Positions 18,745 through 29,142 of a stretch of 64,000 nucleotides of DNA are shown here, one piece after another. Below the pieces are notes generated by a model. That model did no database searches. It saw only the letters and a list, made by a program, of their open reading frames with translations, and was not told the DNA's origin. The DNA lies in assembly GCA_964291655.2 (NCBI GenBank), contig OZ219802.1, positions 2,400,001 to 2,464,000 on the forward strand. Reading direction: 5' to 3'. The translations under genes and the position numbers were made by a program. Numbering within the stretch: the first letter of the stretch is position 1; the number at the start of each line of letters is the position of its first letter. The stretch comes from Chloroflexota bacterium. GTDB lineage: Bacteria; Chloroflexota; UBA11872; VXOZ01.

Positions 18745-19282
18745 GGAAACGGAAATCGCTATGGGCCTCGCGACAGAGGCGTTGCAGCGTGATGTCGCCC
18801 GCATTCGCACGGGAAGAGCCTCCACGGCTCTTGTGGAAGAGATCGCAGTGGAGTACTACGGTACGGAACTGCCTCTCAATCAAGTAGCCACAATCATCGT
18901 GCCGGAGCCGCGGCTCATCGTCATTCAGCCGTGGGACAAGCAGTCGATTCCTGCCATCGAGCGGGCGATTCTAAAGTCGGAACTCGGTATCACTCCTTCG
19001 AACGACGGCACGGTCATCCGCATTGCCCTACCCCAGCCCACGGCGGAACGCCGCCAGGAGCTTGCCAAGATGGTCCGGCAGCGGGCAGAAGAAGCCCGTG
19101 TTGCCATTCGCAATAGCCGGCGTTCGGCGCAGGACGAGCTGCGCAAGCAGCAGAAGAATAGCAGCGTCTCCGAGGATGACATCCGCCGCGCCCAGGGCGA
19201 CCTGCAAAAGCTCACCGATACAGAGATCGAGCGCGTCGACAAAGTTCTTGCCGATAAAGAGCAGGAGATTCTGACCATCTAG
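18725..19282 (+). CDS. frr: Ribosome recycling factor
   Basis: IRTGRAS, IQPWD, ARVAIRN; conserved gene order. Confidence 0.97.
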   Translation: MLEPILEETEIAMGLATEALQRDVARIRTGRASTALVEEIAVEYYGTELPLNQVATIIVPEPRLIVIQPWDKQSIPAIERAILKSELGITPSNDGTVIRIALPQPTAERRQELAKMVRQRAEEARVAIRNSRRSAQDELRKQQKNSSVSEDDIRRAQGDLQKLTDTEIERVDKVLADKEQEILTI

Positions 19283-19284
19283 CG

Positions 19285-20121
19285 ATGGAGCCTACGTCAC
19301 CAAAAGCCCTTAAGCCTGCACCTGAAGAGGCGGAAGCGTTTCCTCCTCTCACGGTTTTACCCGTCCACGTCGGCATCGTGATGGACGGCAACGGTCGTTG
19401 GGCAGCACAGCGGGGTCTCGCGCGCTTGGAAGGGCATCGCGCCGGAGCGCGCTGTGTCCGTGAAGTTGCTGAGGCGGCGGTGGATTTTGGTGTCAGAGTC
19501 CTCACGCTCTATGCCTTCTCAACAGAAAACTGGTCGCGCCCCGAGGACGAAGTCAGCGGTCTCATGACGCTGCTGGAGGAGACGATCGAGCGCGAACAAG
19601 GCGCGATTGTCGAGAACCAGATACAGGTGCGCTCCATCGGGCGGCGGGATGCCGTGCCCTCAACATTGCAGGTGGCAATCGACCAGCTTGAGAATGCAAC
19701 ACGCGACAACAACCGCCTTACGATAAACTTTGCCTTCAATTATGGTGGACGCAGTGAAATCGTAGATGCCGTGCGGGAGATCGTTGCAGCAGGCGTGCCT
19801 GCATCGCACATCTCGGAAGAGACGATTGGTCAGCACCTGTATACGCGCAATCTGCCCGATCCCGATCTCGTGATTCGCACGGCGGGCGAAATGCGGCTTT
19901 CCAACTTCCTGCTTTGGCAAGCTGCCTACGCCGAATACTATGCCGCGCAGGTCTACTGGCCGGACTTTGGGCGCAAAGAGTTCTACGCCGCGCTCGCAAA
20001 CTACAGCCATCGAGAGCGCAAGTTCGGCGGCCTGGCGAATAGCGACGGCCTTGCCGGCAGTGACGACCTCACTGGCAGCGGCGGTCTTGCCAACAGCCGG
20101 AATGGCAAAGCGAAACGGTAG
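19285..20121 (+). CDS. uppS: Undecaprenyl/isoprenyl diphosphate synthase
   Basis: MDGNGRWA, YAFSTENWSRP, RTAGEMRLSNFLLWQ. Confidence 0.97.
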   Translation: MEPTSPKALKPAPEEAEAFPPLTVLPVHVGIVMDGNGRWAAQRGLARLEGHRAGARCVREVAEAAVDFGVRVLTLYAFSTENWSRPEDEVSGLMTLLEETIEREQGAIVENQIQVRSIGRRDAVPSTLQVAIDQLENATRDNNRLTINFAFNYGGRSEIVDAVREIVAAGVPASHISEETIGQHLYTRNLPDPDLVIRTAGEMRLSNFLLWQAAYAEYYAAQVYWPDFGRKEFYAALANYSHRERKFGGLANSDGLAGSDDLTGSGGLANSRNGKAKR

Positions 20122-21010
20122 GCGCGGCCAGTCGGGCCGCGATACAACACGTACGCGCTGGCAGGAGCTTGCGGCGCGTGCGCTCTCTGCGATCGTCTAT
20201 GCGCCGCTTCTGCTCGCGTTAGCCTACTTCGGCAATCCCTGGCTGCTCATCGGCATGCTGGCTCTTGGCGGCCTTGCCCTTTGGGAGTATATCCATCTCG
20301 TACGCACGATGGGGCTTGCCACGCAGCGCGTCACGGCCGGTGCGCTGGCCCTCGGTTTCTTCCTGTGGCCCTACAGCCTAATCTGGGCGGGATACGCCGA
20401 GCTCGTAATTCTACCGCCGCTCTTCTTCACGTTAATTGTGCTCTGCTCGCTATGGGCATTGCTGCTTCCCCGGGCTCAAGGTCATACACAGGTCTTTACG
20501 GGCTGGGCCATGGCGGTCGCCGGAGCGATGTACATTGGCTGGCTGCTCGGCCACACCGTGGCGCTCCGCGACTACATCTACGTACGAGGCGAGCTGTGGC
20601 TCATCTTTGCCCTTGTCGTTACGTGGGCTTATGACACGGGGGCGTATCTTGTAGGCCGAGGCATTGGCAAACGCCGCATCTTCCAGCACTTGAGCGCCGG
20701 TAAGACGCTGGAGGGTACGCTTGGCGGAGCGTTCGTCGCCGTGATGGTCGCGGCGCTCTATGCCCAATTCACCCCATTCCCACTTAGCCCCATTTTGGCG
20801 GGCCTCATTGGTCTCGGCGCCGCGGTGGTGGCGCAACTCGGTGACCTGGTGGAATCTCTGCTCAAGCGCGGGGCGGAAGTGAAAGAATCCGGCACACTCA
20901 TCCCCGGCCACGGCGGCGTCCTGGACCGCATCGACAGCCTGCTCTTTACCGGTCCCTACATGTTCTACGCGGCCCTGATATGGGCCAGCCTGCAACTCGG
21001 GGCGCAGTAG
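20102..21010 (+). CDS. cdsA: Phosphatidate cytidylyltransferase
   Basis: Multi-pass membrane protein with DTGAY, S.GKTLEG, GDLVESLLKR, PGHGGVLDRIDS; start placed at the ATG at 20102. Confidence 0.95.
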   Translation: MAKRNGRRGQSGRDTTRTRWQELAARALSAIVYAPLLLALAYFGNPWLLIGMLALGGLALWEYIHLVRTMGLATQRVTAGALALGFFLWPYSLIWAGYAELVILPPLFFTLIVLCSLWALLLPRAQGHTQVFTGWAMAVAGAMYIGWLLGHTVALRDYIYVRGELWLIFALVVTWAYDTGAYLVGRGIGKRRIFQHLSAGKTLEGTLGGAFVAVMVAALYAQFTPFPLSPILAGLIGLGAAVVAQLGDLVESLLKRGAEVKESGTLIPGHGGVLDRIDSLLFTGPYMFYAALIWASLQLGAQ

Positions 21011-21095
21011 ACGCATAGGCCTGCAGGCCGTACGTCCACTGGGCTACTTGATTCCTCCGACAGGCTCAGCGCGAACGTAAGTGACACGCCCCAGC

Positions 21096-21926
21096 CTACT
21101 CCCCAACCGCCATTTCCACTACAGGTCGTCCGTCTTCTTCCACCCACACGCCGCAGGGGCCGCCCCGCTCGCTATTGCCGAGGTCTACAACGCTGCCGTC
21201 CATGCGCAACACCGGATGGTAGTATTTTGATACCTTTTCGGCGCTGCCCATGATGTAGTGGCCGATAAGGGAACGGCGAAAACGGTCGGCAGTCGTATTC
21301 GGAAAGCTGCCGTGGATGAGCTGGCCGTTGAAGAAAAGCACGTCGCCGGCATCCATCAAGACAGGAACGGTCTGCACCTGATCCGGCAACGGCACCGTGA
21401 CGTCCGTAAAGCTCTGGGCGGTGTCCGCCTCTTCCGTGCACAGTTCCGGCAGCGTGTGACTACCGGGCACCACCTGCAAGCAGCCGTTTGCCTCATCGCA
21501 ATCATCGAGGGCGAGCCAAGCGGCCATGCACGTGCCGGGTTCCACCTGCAAGTAGAACTGGTCCTGATGCACCGCCTGTCCCCGCGCGCCCGGCGGCTTG
21601 AAGTAGATCATGGTCTGCACCGCAAATGGATCCCCACCCAGGAGCGTCGCCAGACCCTCCCTGAAACGCGGGTCCAACATCCACTGCAGGCTCAGGTCGT
21701 CCCAGCGGTGCATGTGGATCATGCGGGGAAACTGCTTTAAGGGGTCCGCCGCAGCGTCTCCGTTCGGCGCTGCCACGCCGGCAGAGTCGCCTCTATAGGT
21801 GCCGTTCTGCCGCAAGTACATGTAGTGATCGGTGAGCGCCGCTACCTCGTCCGGTGGAAATAGCCCTCGCGCTATTGTATAGCCGTTCTGCTCAAAGTCA
21901 TCTCTGAATGCTTTCTCGAACATCAT
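21096..21926 (-). CDS. Phytanoyl-CoA dioxygenase (PhyH) family 2OG-Fe(II) oxygenase
   Basis: HQD...H triad (HQDQFY, LIHGS) and AWLALDD..EANGCL. Confidence 0.9.
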   Translation of the reverse strand: MMFEKAFRDDFEQNGYTIARGLFPPDEVAALTDHYMYLRQNGTYRGDSAGVAAPNGDAAADPLKQFPRMIHMHRWDDLSLQWMLDPRFREGLATLLGGDPFAVQTMIYFKPPGARGQAVHQDQFYLQVEPGTCMAAWLALDDCDEANGCLQVVPGSHTLPELCTEEADTAQSFTDVTVPLPDQVQTVPVLMDAGDVLFFNGQLIHGSFPNTTADRFRRSLIGHYIMGSAEKVSKYYHPVLRMDGSVVDLGNSERGGPCGVWVEEDGRPVVEMAVGE

Positions 21927-22213
21927 GACGTCCTTCTAATCGTTGCTCAGGCTTCTTACCGCTGAAGATTCCCTGCTGCCGGCAGCCTCAACCGTGGAGG
22001 AACCGACAAGCAGACCGCGCTTTGCCAGGAGTTTACCTGTCAAGAGCGTGCAAACACCTTGACCACAGTGTACAGCGATTGCGCTGAGACTTTCAAAGCC
22101 GTCGTGAACGATCGGCGAGAGAATTGCCCCGCTGCATGCAACCCAAAGACGACGTACAATGGTACGCAAGGACTCAGTGTGGCGTGATGAAACCGCATGG
22201 GAGCACGTAGCCG

Positions 22214-23413
22214 ATGGTAAGACAACCGACAGAATTCCGCCTGGTTTGGGGAGACCTGCACATTCATTCCTATTTCTCGTCGTGCTATTGGGGTGAAGAG
22301 ACGCTTCCCGACGGCTTTGACGGCTCGCCCGCCGATTGTTACCGCTACGCCCGTGACGTGGCGGGCATGGACTTCGGCGCGGTGACCGATCATACGTGGT
22401 CGGGCAACGGCCGAATGCTGGTGGAAGACGAGTGGTCGGAAATTCTGGCTGCCAACCACCAGTACCACGAGCCGGGCCGCTTCGTAACTGTTCCCGGGTA
22501 TGAATGGAACGCGCCCGGGGATCGGCAATGGGGCCACCGCAATACGTTCTTCGACCATGACGAGCCCCCCATCCTGCGCAGCGGTGCGGAAGTAACGCAG
22601 CTCGCTCAGCTTTGGCAGCAGCTTGACGATTTGCCGTACGACTCCATCAGCATCCCACACCATCTCGCGCGTGACGCTACACCCTATGACTGGTCGCAGC
22701 ACCATGCGCACTGGGAACCGGTGGTGGAGATCACCTCGCTCTGGGGCAACTACGAGTATCAGGGCAATCCCCATGAGTGCGATCCTAACTGGTCGCCGAG
22801 CGCTACCGGCAGCTTTCTCCAGGATGGATTGGCCAAAGCAAGCCGCGTAGGCGTCATCGGCGGTGGCGATAACCACACCGGCCATGCTGGAGGACACTAT
22901 TTCAATTCGCAGCAACCAAACGCGGCGAACTCCAAGCGCCTGGCGCGCCTCAGCCAACTGCGCATGAACGCTCTGGGCACCGGTATCGGCGGACTCTATG
23001 TAAAGGAATTCTCGCGAGAAGGCATCTTCGAGGCACTGCGCGCCCGGCGCTGCATCGCGGCCTCCGGCCGCAAAATCGGGCTATGGACAGAGACGAACGG
23101 CTTGCCGATGGGCGCGGAAGGGCCCGCCCTCGACGAAAGCCCCCGCACCGTCGCCTTCAGCGTCTCCGGCAGCGAGCGCATCCGGTCTGTCACCTTAGTC
23201 CGCAACGGCGTGGACGTGAAACGCTTCCACGCCGACGACTACTACCACGAAGGCACTTTGGAAGATTCCGATCCGCTCGAAAAGGTGCAGAAGGTATCCC
23301 CCAGTGTCCGCAATGGCGACGGCGAGGATTGGACCTACTACTACGTGCGCGCGGTGCAAGAGGACGGCCGCACAGCCTGGTCGAGCCCGGTCTGGTTTCC
23401 GGTTAGTGGCTGA
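22214..23413 (+). CDS. PHP-like metallohydrolase (DUF3604 / CehA-McbA-like)
   Basis: WGDLHIHS, VTDH, GYEW, GHRN, GGGDNH, C-terminal YYYVRAVQ.DG..AWSSP. Confidence 0.8.
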   Translation: MVRQPTEFRLVWGDLHIHSYFSSCYWGEETLPDGFDGSPADCYRYARDVAGMDFGAVTDHTWSGNGRMLVEDEWSEILAANHQYHEPGRFVTVPGYEWNAPGDRQWGHRNTFFDHDEPPILRSGAEVTQLAQLWQQLDDLPYDSISIPHHLARDATPYDWSQHHAHWEPVVEITSLWGNYEYQGNPHECDPNWSPSATGSFLQDGLAKASRVGVIGGGDNHTGHAGGHYFNSQQPNAANSKRLARLSQLRMNALGTGIGGLYVKEFSREGIFEALRARRCIAASGRKIGLWTETNGLPMGAEGPALDESPRTVAFSVSGSERIRSVTLVRNGVDVKRFHADDYYHEGTLEDSDPLEKVQKVSPSVRNGDGEDWTYYYVRAVQEDGRTAWSSPVWFPVSG

Positions 23414-23717
23414 ATGATGCATTGAGCCTGTGTCCTGAGCCGTGCCTCGACCCTTCGACAAGCTCCGGACAGGTACGCTCAGCAAGCACGGAACAGGAAC
23501 GGGGCCCGCATGCAGCCTCTAAGGGATTGCGTTCCTCTGAACCTGGACGGATTAGCAAACAAGCGTTCCTCTTGCCTGGGCCGGTCAGGTTGTTGCAGAG
23601 AGTCTCGCAGCGTAAAATGCAGGTAACCCGTGAAGGCCGCAGTTAGCCATGAAGTGTAACGGCTGCCTTGCCCGACTACTGTTCGTCCCAGCCTCTTGTT
23701 AAGTAGGGGAACGCTCT

Positions 23718-24464
23718 ATGGCCGATCCCAAAACTGAATCCCAATCCGACGAACCGGAGTCCACAGTTCCATCAGTGTTCTCGCCGGTGCGCAGCTTGGT
23801 CATGCCGGCGCTGGAACTTCCCGACCACTTCGCATACAACACCAGACTGCAGATGGATGGCTTGGAGTTTCTGGCCCACCTGCCGGAAGGCAAGTTTCCC
23901 GTCGCCTTTCTCGATCCTCAGTACCGCGGCCTGTTGGACAAGATGTCGTACGGCAATGAGGGTCGCAGCAGAAACCGAGGACGTTCCGCGCTCACGCAAA
24001 TGGATGCAGATAAAATCGCCGCCTTCGTTCGTGGCATCGACCGCGCCCTCATGCCCAGCGGGCACTTGTTCCTGTGGATGGATAAGTTCCACCTCTGCAC
24101 GGGATTTTCCCACTGGCTTGCGGAGACGAAACTTGCAGTGGTGGATCTCGTTACGTGGGATAAAGGCCGCATCGGCATGGGCTACCGCACGCGTCGCAAG
24201 AGCGAACACGTGGTTGTCCTGCAAAAGACGCCGCGCCGGGCCAAGGGCGTCTGGAAGATACACAACATCCCGGACGTGTGGGATGAGACGGTACCGCGTG
24301 ATGCAGAGACCCACCGCAAGCCGGTTGAGTTGCAGGGGGCGCTCCTGGCAGCGGTGACTAATCCGGGTGACGTGGTGATTGATCCGGCAGCGGGCAGCTT
24401 TTCCGTGCTGGAGGCCTGCCGCGAGCGCAATCGTGTCTTCCTCGGTTGCGATATTGAAGGCTGA
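23718..24464 (+). CDS. Orphan N6/N4 DNA methyltransferase (beta-type motif order)
   Basis: Catalytic DPQY near the N-terminus, H.KP.EL, SAM motif VIDPAAGS, GCDI at the C-terminus; no adjacent endonuclease gene. Confidence 0.85.
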   Translation: MADPKTESQSDEPESTVPSVFSPVRSLVMPALELPDHFAYNTRLQMDGLEFLAHLPEGKFPVAFLDPQYRGLLDKMSYGNEGRSRNRGRSALTQMDADKIAAFVRGIDRALMPSGHLFLWMDKFHLCTGFSHWLAETKLAVVDLVTWDKGRIGMGYRTRRKSEHVVVLQKTPRRAKGVWKIHNIPDVWDETVPRDAETHRKPVELQGALLAAVTNPGDVVIDPAAGSFSVLEACRERNRVFLGCDIEG

Positions 24465-24542
24465 AGGATATCAAGCGCGAAGCACGGGCTAGAGCGTTGT
24501 GGTCCGGACTTTGACACGTGCAAAACATAGAGGCGAGAGATA

Positions 24543-25574
24543 ATGAATTCAGAACTGATCCGCGTAGGCATCATTGGTGCGGGCGCGAACACGCGGGGTA
24601 AACACATTCCCGGCCTGCAGGCAATCAAGGGCGTGGAGATCGTCAGCGTGTGCAACCGCAGCCCTGAATCGAGCGTGCGGGCCGCCGAGCAGTTTGGCAT
24701 TCCCACGACGTACGACAACTGGAGCGAATTGGTTGACGCTCCGGACACCAACGCTATCGTCATTGGTACGTGGCCGTATCTCCACTGCCAGGCGACCCTG
24801 GCGGCGCTGGCCGCAGGCAAGCACGTGCTCTGCGAAGCGCGGATGGCCATGAATGCCGACGAAGCCTGGGAGATGTCCGCCGCGGCGCAGGCCAATCCGC
24901 ACCTCGTCGTGCAGATCGTGCCGTCGCCCATGACACTGCGGGTGGACGCGACGCTGAAACGCCTGCTCGCTGAAGGCTACCTCGGCGATCTGCTCGCCAT
25001 CGAGGTGCGCGTGGGCGGCGAGTTTCTGGATGCCGACGCACCATTGCATTGGCGGCAGGACTTTGACCTGAGCGGCTTCAACATCATGAGCATGGGTATC
25101 TGGTACGAGGCCGTCTTGCGCTGGGTTGGCGAAGCCACCCGCGTGCAGGCCATGGGCAAGACCTTTGCGACGATGCGTGCGGACGAAACGGGCAATCTGC
25201 GCGCGGTGCGAGTACCGGAGCACGTTGACGTGGTTGCCGATATGGCCTGCGGCGCGCAACTGCACATGCAGGTCTCCAGCGTAACCGGCTTGGCTGGCGC
25301 ACCGGAAGCCTTTCTCTTTGGGAGCGAGGGCACGCTGCGGTTCGCAGACAATAAGCTCTTCGGCGGCAAGCGCGGCGATACTGGCTTGGATGAAATCCCC
25401 ATTCCGGAGGACGAGGCTGGCGGTTGGCGCGTGGAGGAAGAATTCGTCAATGCCATTCGGGGTGAGGAAGCAATTACTCACACCACTCCTCAGGCCGGTG
25501 TGAAGTACATGGAGTTTACCGAAGCCGTCACCCGCAGCATGCAGACCGGACAGGCGATAGGCCTGCCGCTGTAG
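24543..25574 (+). CDS. Gfo/Idh/MocA family oxidoreductase
   Basis: IRVGIIGAG, GKHVLCEARMA. Confidence 0.9.
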   Translation: MNSELIRVGIIGAGANTRGKHIPGLQAIKGVEIVSVCNRSPESSVRAAEQFGIPTTYDNWSELVDAPDTNAIVIGTWPYLHCQATLAALAAGKHVLCEARMAMNADEAWEMSAAAQANPHLVVQIVPSPMTLRVDATLKRLLAEGYLGDLLAIEVRVGGEFLDADAPLHWRQDFDLSGFNIMSMGIWYEAVLRWVGEATRVQAMGKTFATMRADETGNLRAVRVPEHVDVVADMACGAQLHMQVSSVTGLAGAPEAFLFGSEGTLRFADNKLFGGKRGDTGLDEIPIPEDEAGGWRVEEEFVNAIRGEEAITHTTPQAGVKYMEFTEAVTRSMQTGQAIGLPL

Positions 25575-25637
25575 AGTTTTGGTATGCTCGTTTCTGTAGC
25601 GCACTGACGTCTGACGTCCGCTCGTCAATGATCACTC

Positions 25638-25868
25638 CGTTCGCCCTGAGCTTGTCGAAGGGTGAACGGAAAGGACACTCTAGTCTCTTCCCGGTGACGT
25701 AGCTTTACCTCCGCCGTTCATATTTTGACAGGGGCTTCGCGCAGCCATCAGCACGAACGGCTGATTTCGGTTCGCAACCTGTAGCGCGGGGGCTTGTCCC
25801 CCGCATCTTGAGAAGCTGAGGACCTAAAGCAAAGAGAGGATGGATTCCCGCTGTCGCGGGAATGACGG
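25638..25868. repeat. REP cluster (families B, E, C)
   Basis: CCGTTCGCCCTGAGCTTGTCGAAGGG; GTAGCGCGGGGGCTTGTCCCCCGC; TGGATTCCCGCTGTCGCGGGAATGACGG. Confidence 0.8.
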
Positions 25869-25988
25869 ACTCTGGAACTCCCTCCACGCTGGATAGCGGG
25901 GGTAAGTTCGGCCGCCTTTTGCATTTGCACCGGCCATGTTTTTCAGGCTGGCATGCCACACGCCAACCGGTCGAAAAAACTTGTGAAC

Positions 25989-26660
25989 CTACAGAATCCC
26001 GTGGCGCTCGAAGACCGTGCGCATCTTCTCCCCCGCGGCGAGTTCGGCGCGTACGGTGTTTTCGCCCTGCACTTTCTCCTCAGCCGGTTGTAGCACGGCT
26101 TCAATGTGCTGCTGGGGAATCACCACCACGCCATCGTAATCGGCCAGGATGTAGTCGCCAGGGTTCACCAGCACGCCGCCGCATGTGATCGGCACGTTGT
26201 GGGCGATGGCCTCAGCGCGGCCAGCGGCGTCGGCGGCACTAAACGCCGCGGCAAACACGGGATACGGCATGCCGATGATCTTGTCGGTATCCCGTACCGG
26301 CCCGTCGATCACCGCGCCGGTGGCCCCACGGGCCTGGGCGCAGGTGGAGAAGAGCTCGCCCCACAGTGCACACGACGGCGCGTCACCAAGCGTACCCAAG
26401 TACACTTCGCCCGGCAGCAAACTGTCCATGGCTTTGATTTCCATGTAGTGATACTCCTCCTGCGAGGGGATGCGCTCAGCCGGGCGAAAGTGAATGGGAT
26501 GAGCGCGGCCCACGATTCGTGCCTCGGCATAGAGCGGCCGCACGCGCGGCGCCATCACCTGGTGCCGCAGGCCGAGGGCATCAAGGGCATCCGAGACCAC
26601 GGCGACGTAGACGTGCTGCAGGCGATCCAGGTAAGGGTCCTGGGGAGAAGCGGCGGACAT
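25989..26660 (-). CDS. RraA family protein (HMG/CHA aldolase-like)
   Basis: VSDALD, ALWGEL, GAVIDGPVRD, PGDYILADYDGVVVIP. Confidence 0.9.
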   Translation of the reverse strand: MSAASPQDPYLDRLQHVYVAVVSDALDALGLRHQVMAPRVRPLYAEARIVGRAHPIHFRPAERIPSQEEYHYMEIKAMDSLLPGEVYLGTLGDAPSCALWGELFSTCAQARGATGAVIDGPVRDTDKIIGMPYPVFAAAFSAADAAGRAEAIAHNVPITCGGVLVNPGDYILADYDGVVVIPQQHIEAVLQPAEEKVQGENTVRAELAAGEKMRTVFERHGIL

Positions 26661-26826
26661 AGCGCAATGCTCCTTTTAAATCAGAGTAGGTGCGAATTCT
26701 TACGCCTATCATAGCTTGCCCGGAATCCGGTCGTGCCAATCCCGCTTGTCTTGGGAAGCCAGGCAAGCTCAGCAAGAGCTTTGACTAATTCTCGAGGCAC
26801 GAATAGAGCAGTGGAACGAGACTCCC

Positions 26827-27816
26827 CTAGAGTGAAAGAGTCTCTCTTCTCCGCGCGGCTTCTCGAGCCATGAGCACCGCGCGGGTAGAGTCGATGGCAT
26901 CCTGGGCAGTTGCTATGATGGGCGCTTGACCGCGAATGCGCCGCACGAGGTCTTGGCCGCTGGAATCGGGACGGTTGCGGCCGAACTGCACGTGCACGCG
27001 CGGCTCCTCGTGCCGCCAGTAGAGCAGGTCGCTGAAGTGGAGGCTGCGCACTTCGGCAGCGCCCTCCGTGCCGGTGAGGAAGAAGCGGCAGTCCCAGGGC
27101 GTGTTGCGGGGCGTGAGCCAGTCGGCCTCGATAGTAGCGACGATGCCGGAATCCAGGGCAAACATGGCGTGCGCTACGTCGTTGAATCCCGGATACTCTT
27201 TCCAGCGGCGCTGTGCGTGATGGGCCGTCACAGATTCCACTGCCGCACCCGTGTACCAGCGCGCGAGGTCGATGTCGTGAATCATGAGGTCAACAATTGG
27301 CCCGCCTTCCTTGCTCTCGTCCAGCATCCACGGCTCGCGCTCTGCCAGAGCAAACTCGTGGGGACGCGTGGCGACGCAGCCGGCGATCTCGCCGAGGTAA
27401 CCGGCATCCACCAACTCCTTGAGCCGTACGAACGGTGGGGCAAAACGCTCGGTCACCATCATCTGCAGCTCGGACGTGCTTTTCTGCAGCGCCTGCTCCA
27501 CGCGGGTGAGGTCATCCAGTTCAATGACCATGGGCTTGTCGACGAGCACGTGGACGTTGCGCTCCAGACACGCCAATATGGCTCCGGCCTTTTCATGGTG
27601 CGCGTTGCAGATGGTGGCGAGGTCCGGCCGCAGCGCGTCGAGCATCTCGTCATGGTTGGAATAGATGGGCACGTCGTATTTCCGGGCAACTTCGGCACGC
27701 CGCTCCGGGTCGCTCTCGGCAATGCCGACAAGCTCCGTGTCTCCGGCGGCAAGGATTTCCTGAATTGACCCGGGTCCGTGTATGTGAATGCCAATGGCGG
27801 CAAAGCGCAGGCTCAT
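26827..27816 (-). CDS. Gfo/Idh/MocA family oxidoreductase
   Basis: HVLVDKPM, GGPIVDLMIHDID. Confidence 0.9.
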   Translation of the reverse strand: MSLRFAAIGIHIHGPGSIQEILAAGDTELVGIAESDPERRAEVARKYDVPIYSNHDEMLDALRPDLATICNAHHEKAGAILACLERNVHVLVDKPMVIELDDLTRVEQALQKSTSELQMMVTERFAPPFVRLKELVDAGYLGEIAGCVATRPHEFALAEREPWMLDESKEGGPIVDLMIHDIDLARWYTGAAVESVTAHHAQRRWKEYPGFNDVAHAMFALDSGIVATIEADWLTPRNTPWDCRFFLTGTEGAAEVRSLHFSDLLYWRHEEPRVHVQFGRNRPDSSGQDLVRRIRGQAPIIATAQDAIDSTRAVLMAREAARRRETLSL

Positions 27817-27861
27817 TTCTTATCTCCAAGTCTGTTGCGTTCGCTGATAGACGCATCTAAG

Positions 27862-27958
27862 AGCGGGGGACAAGCCCCGCGCTACCGGGGGACAAGCCCC
27901 CACGCTACACGGAAATGCTCCGCTCTATTCGTCGTTCCCGCGAAAGCGGGAATCCATC
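27862..27958. repeat. REP cluster (tandem family E plus family C)
   Basis: GGGGGACAAGCCCC.CGCTAC twice in tandem, then CGTCGTTCCCGCGAAAGCGGGAATCCA. Confidence 0.8.
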
Positions 27959-28038
27959 TTCCCTTTAGCAGCACTGAAAGCACCCTTCGCGCCGGTGCAA
28001 TTCTGGCACATTAGCAACGGGGGTCGAAGCGGTTGTAA

Positions 28039-29127
28039 CTACAATGCCGGCGGCGTGCGTGGTCGCACCGCTCGTCTCTCCGCAATCGACTCATACGCCG
28101 CCTCCACGAGGCAGAGCGTACGCAGATTGTCAGCACCGCTGTTCATGGGCTCGCGGTCTTCCTGGATTGCCGCAAAGAGCTCAGCCATCGGTCCCACCAA
28201 GGCATCCGGAATCCACTTGCCCTGGAGCTCCGGTGTTATCCAATCCTCCCCGTACGATTGGCTCCGATACGTGAGCGTATCCTCGCGGCCGTAGGGGAAA
28301 TTATAGAAGACGCCTAGATCGCCCTTGGCCACACCCTCCGTGCCCTCAAAACGGTATGTAGCGTGTGTGTCGTCGTCCCAGATGCCGGCGTGGTTGAGCA
28401 GCAGACCATGTGCGCCACCGGGCCAGGCCAGTGTGATGATGGCCGAGGTCTCGCCTTTGATGCGCTCATCGCCGGCGTGAAAGCCGTCGGCAAAGAGCCA
28501 CTCCGGCTCGCCCAGAATGAAGCGCACGATGTCGAGGAAGTGAATGGCGTCCTCGACGATGAGTACGCGCGGACGGCCCCACAGCCACGGCCACAGCTCC
28601 CAACGCAGCGGACCCACACGGTCGATTTGCACATACGTGAGGTCGCCCAGGTCGCCGCGCTGCTGCAAAGCGTAGACCGACCGGAACGCCTGGTCCCAGC
28701 GCCCGTTCTGGTTCACCGCCAAGCGCACGCCAGCGTTGGCAGCGTCCCGGACCATCGATTCCGCTTTGGCAATGTCATAGGTCAGCGGCTTCTGACAGAG
28801 CACGTGCTTACCGGCGGCGATGGCTGCGTCCACAAGCGGCGGGTGCGTGATCGTGGGCGTCGCGATGTCCACCACCGCTACCTCAGGCGATTCCAAGAGT
28901 GCTTCCAGCGAGGCAAACGCCGCGATCTCAAAGTCCGCGGCCAGTGATGCCGCCTTGGCCGAATCCTCATCATAGACCCCCAAGACGTGGAAGCCTGCGC
29001 TGCGGTAGGCCGGCAGGTGTCCCGCCTGCGCGATGCTGCCCGCGCCCACTACACCGATTCCGTAGTCGTGCTTGGCAGGGAGGTGCGGCAGGTAGTCAAG
29101 GGGCTCCGGCGAAGTTGGCATCGTCAT
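28039..29127 (-). CDS. Gfo/Idh/MocA family oxidoreductase
   Basis: IGVVGAGSIA, GKHVLCQKPL, IHFLD. Confidence 0.9.
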   Translation of the reverse strand: MTMPTSPEPLDYLPHLPAKHDYGIGVVGAGSIAQAGHLPAYRSAGFHVLGVYDEDSAKAASLAADFEIAAFASLEALLESPEVAVVDIATPTITHPPLVDAAIAAGKHVLCQKPLTYDIAKAESMVRDAANAGVRLAVNQNGRWDQAFRSVYALQQRGDLGDLTYVQIDRVGPLRWELWPWLWGRPRVLIVEDAIHFLDIVRFILGEPEWLFADGFHAGDERIKGETSAIITLAWPGGAHGLLLNHAGIWDDDTHATYRFEGTEGVAKGDLGVFYNFPYGREDTLTYRSQSYGEDWITPELQGKWIPDALVGPMAELFAAIQEDREPMNSGADNLRTLCLVEAAYESIAERRAVRPRTPPAL

Positions 29128-29142
29128 GTCCTTTAGTAAGCA

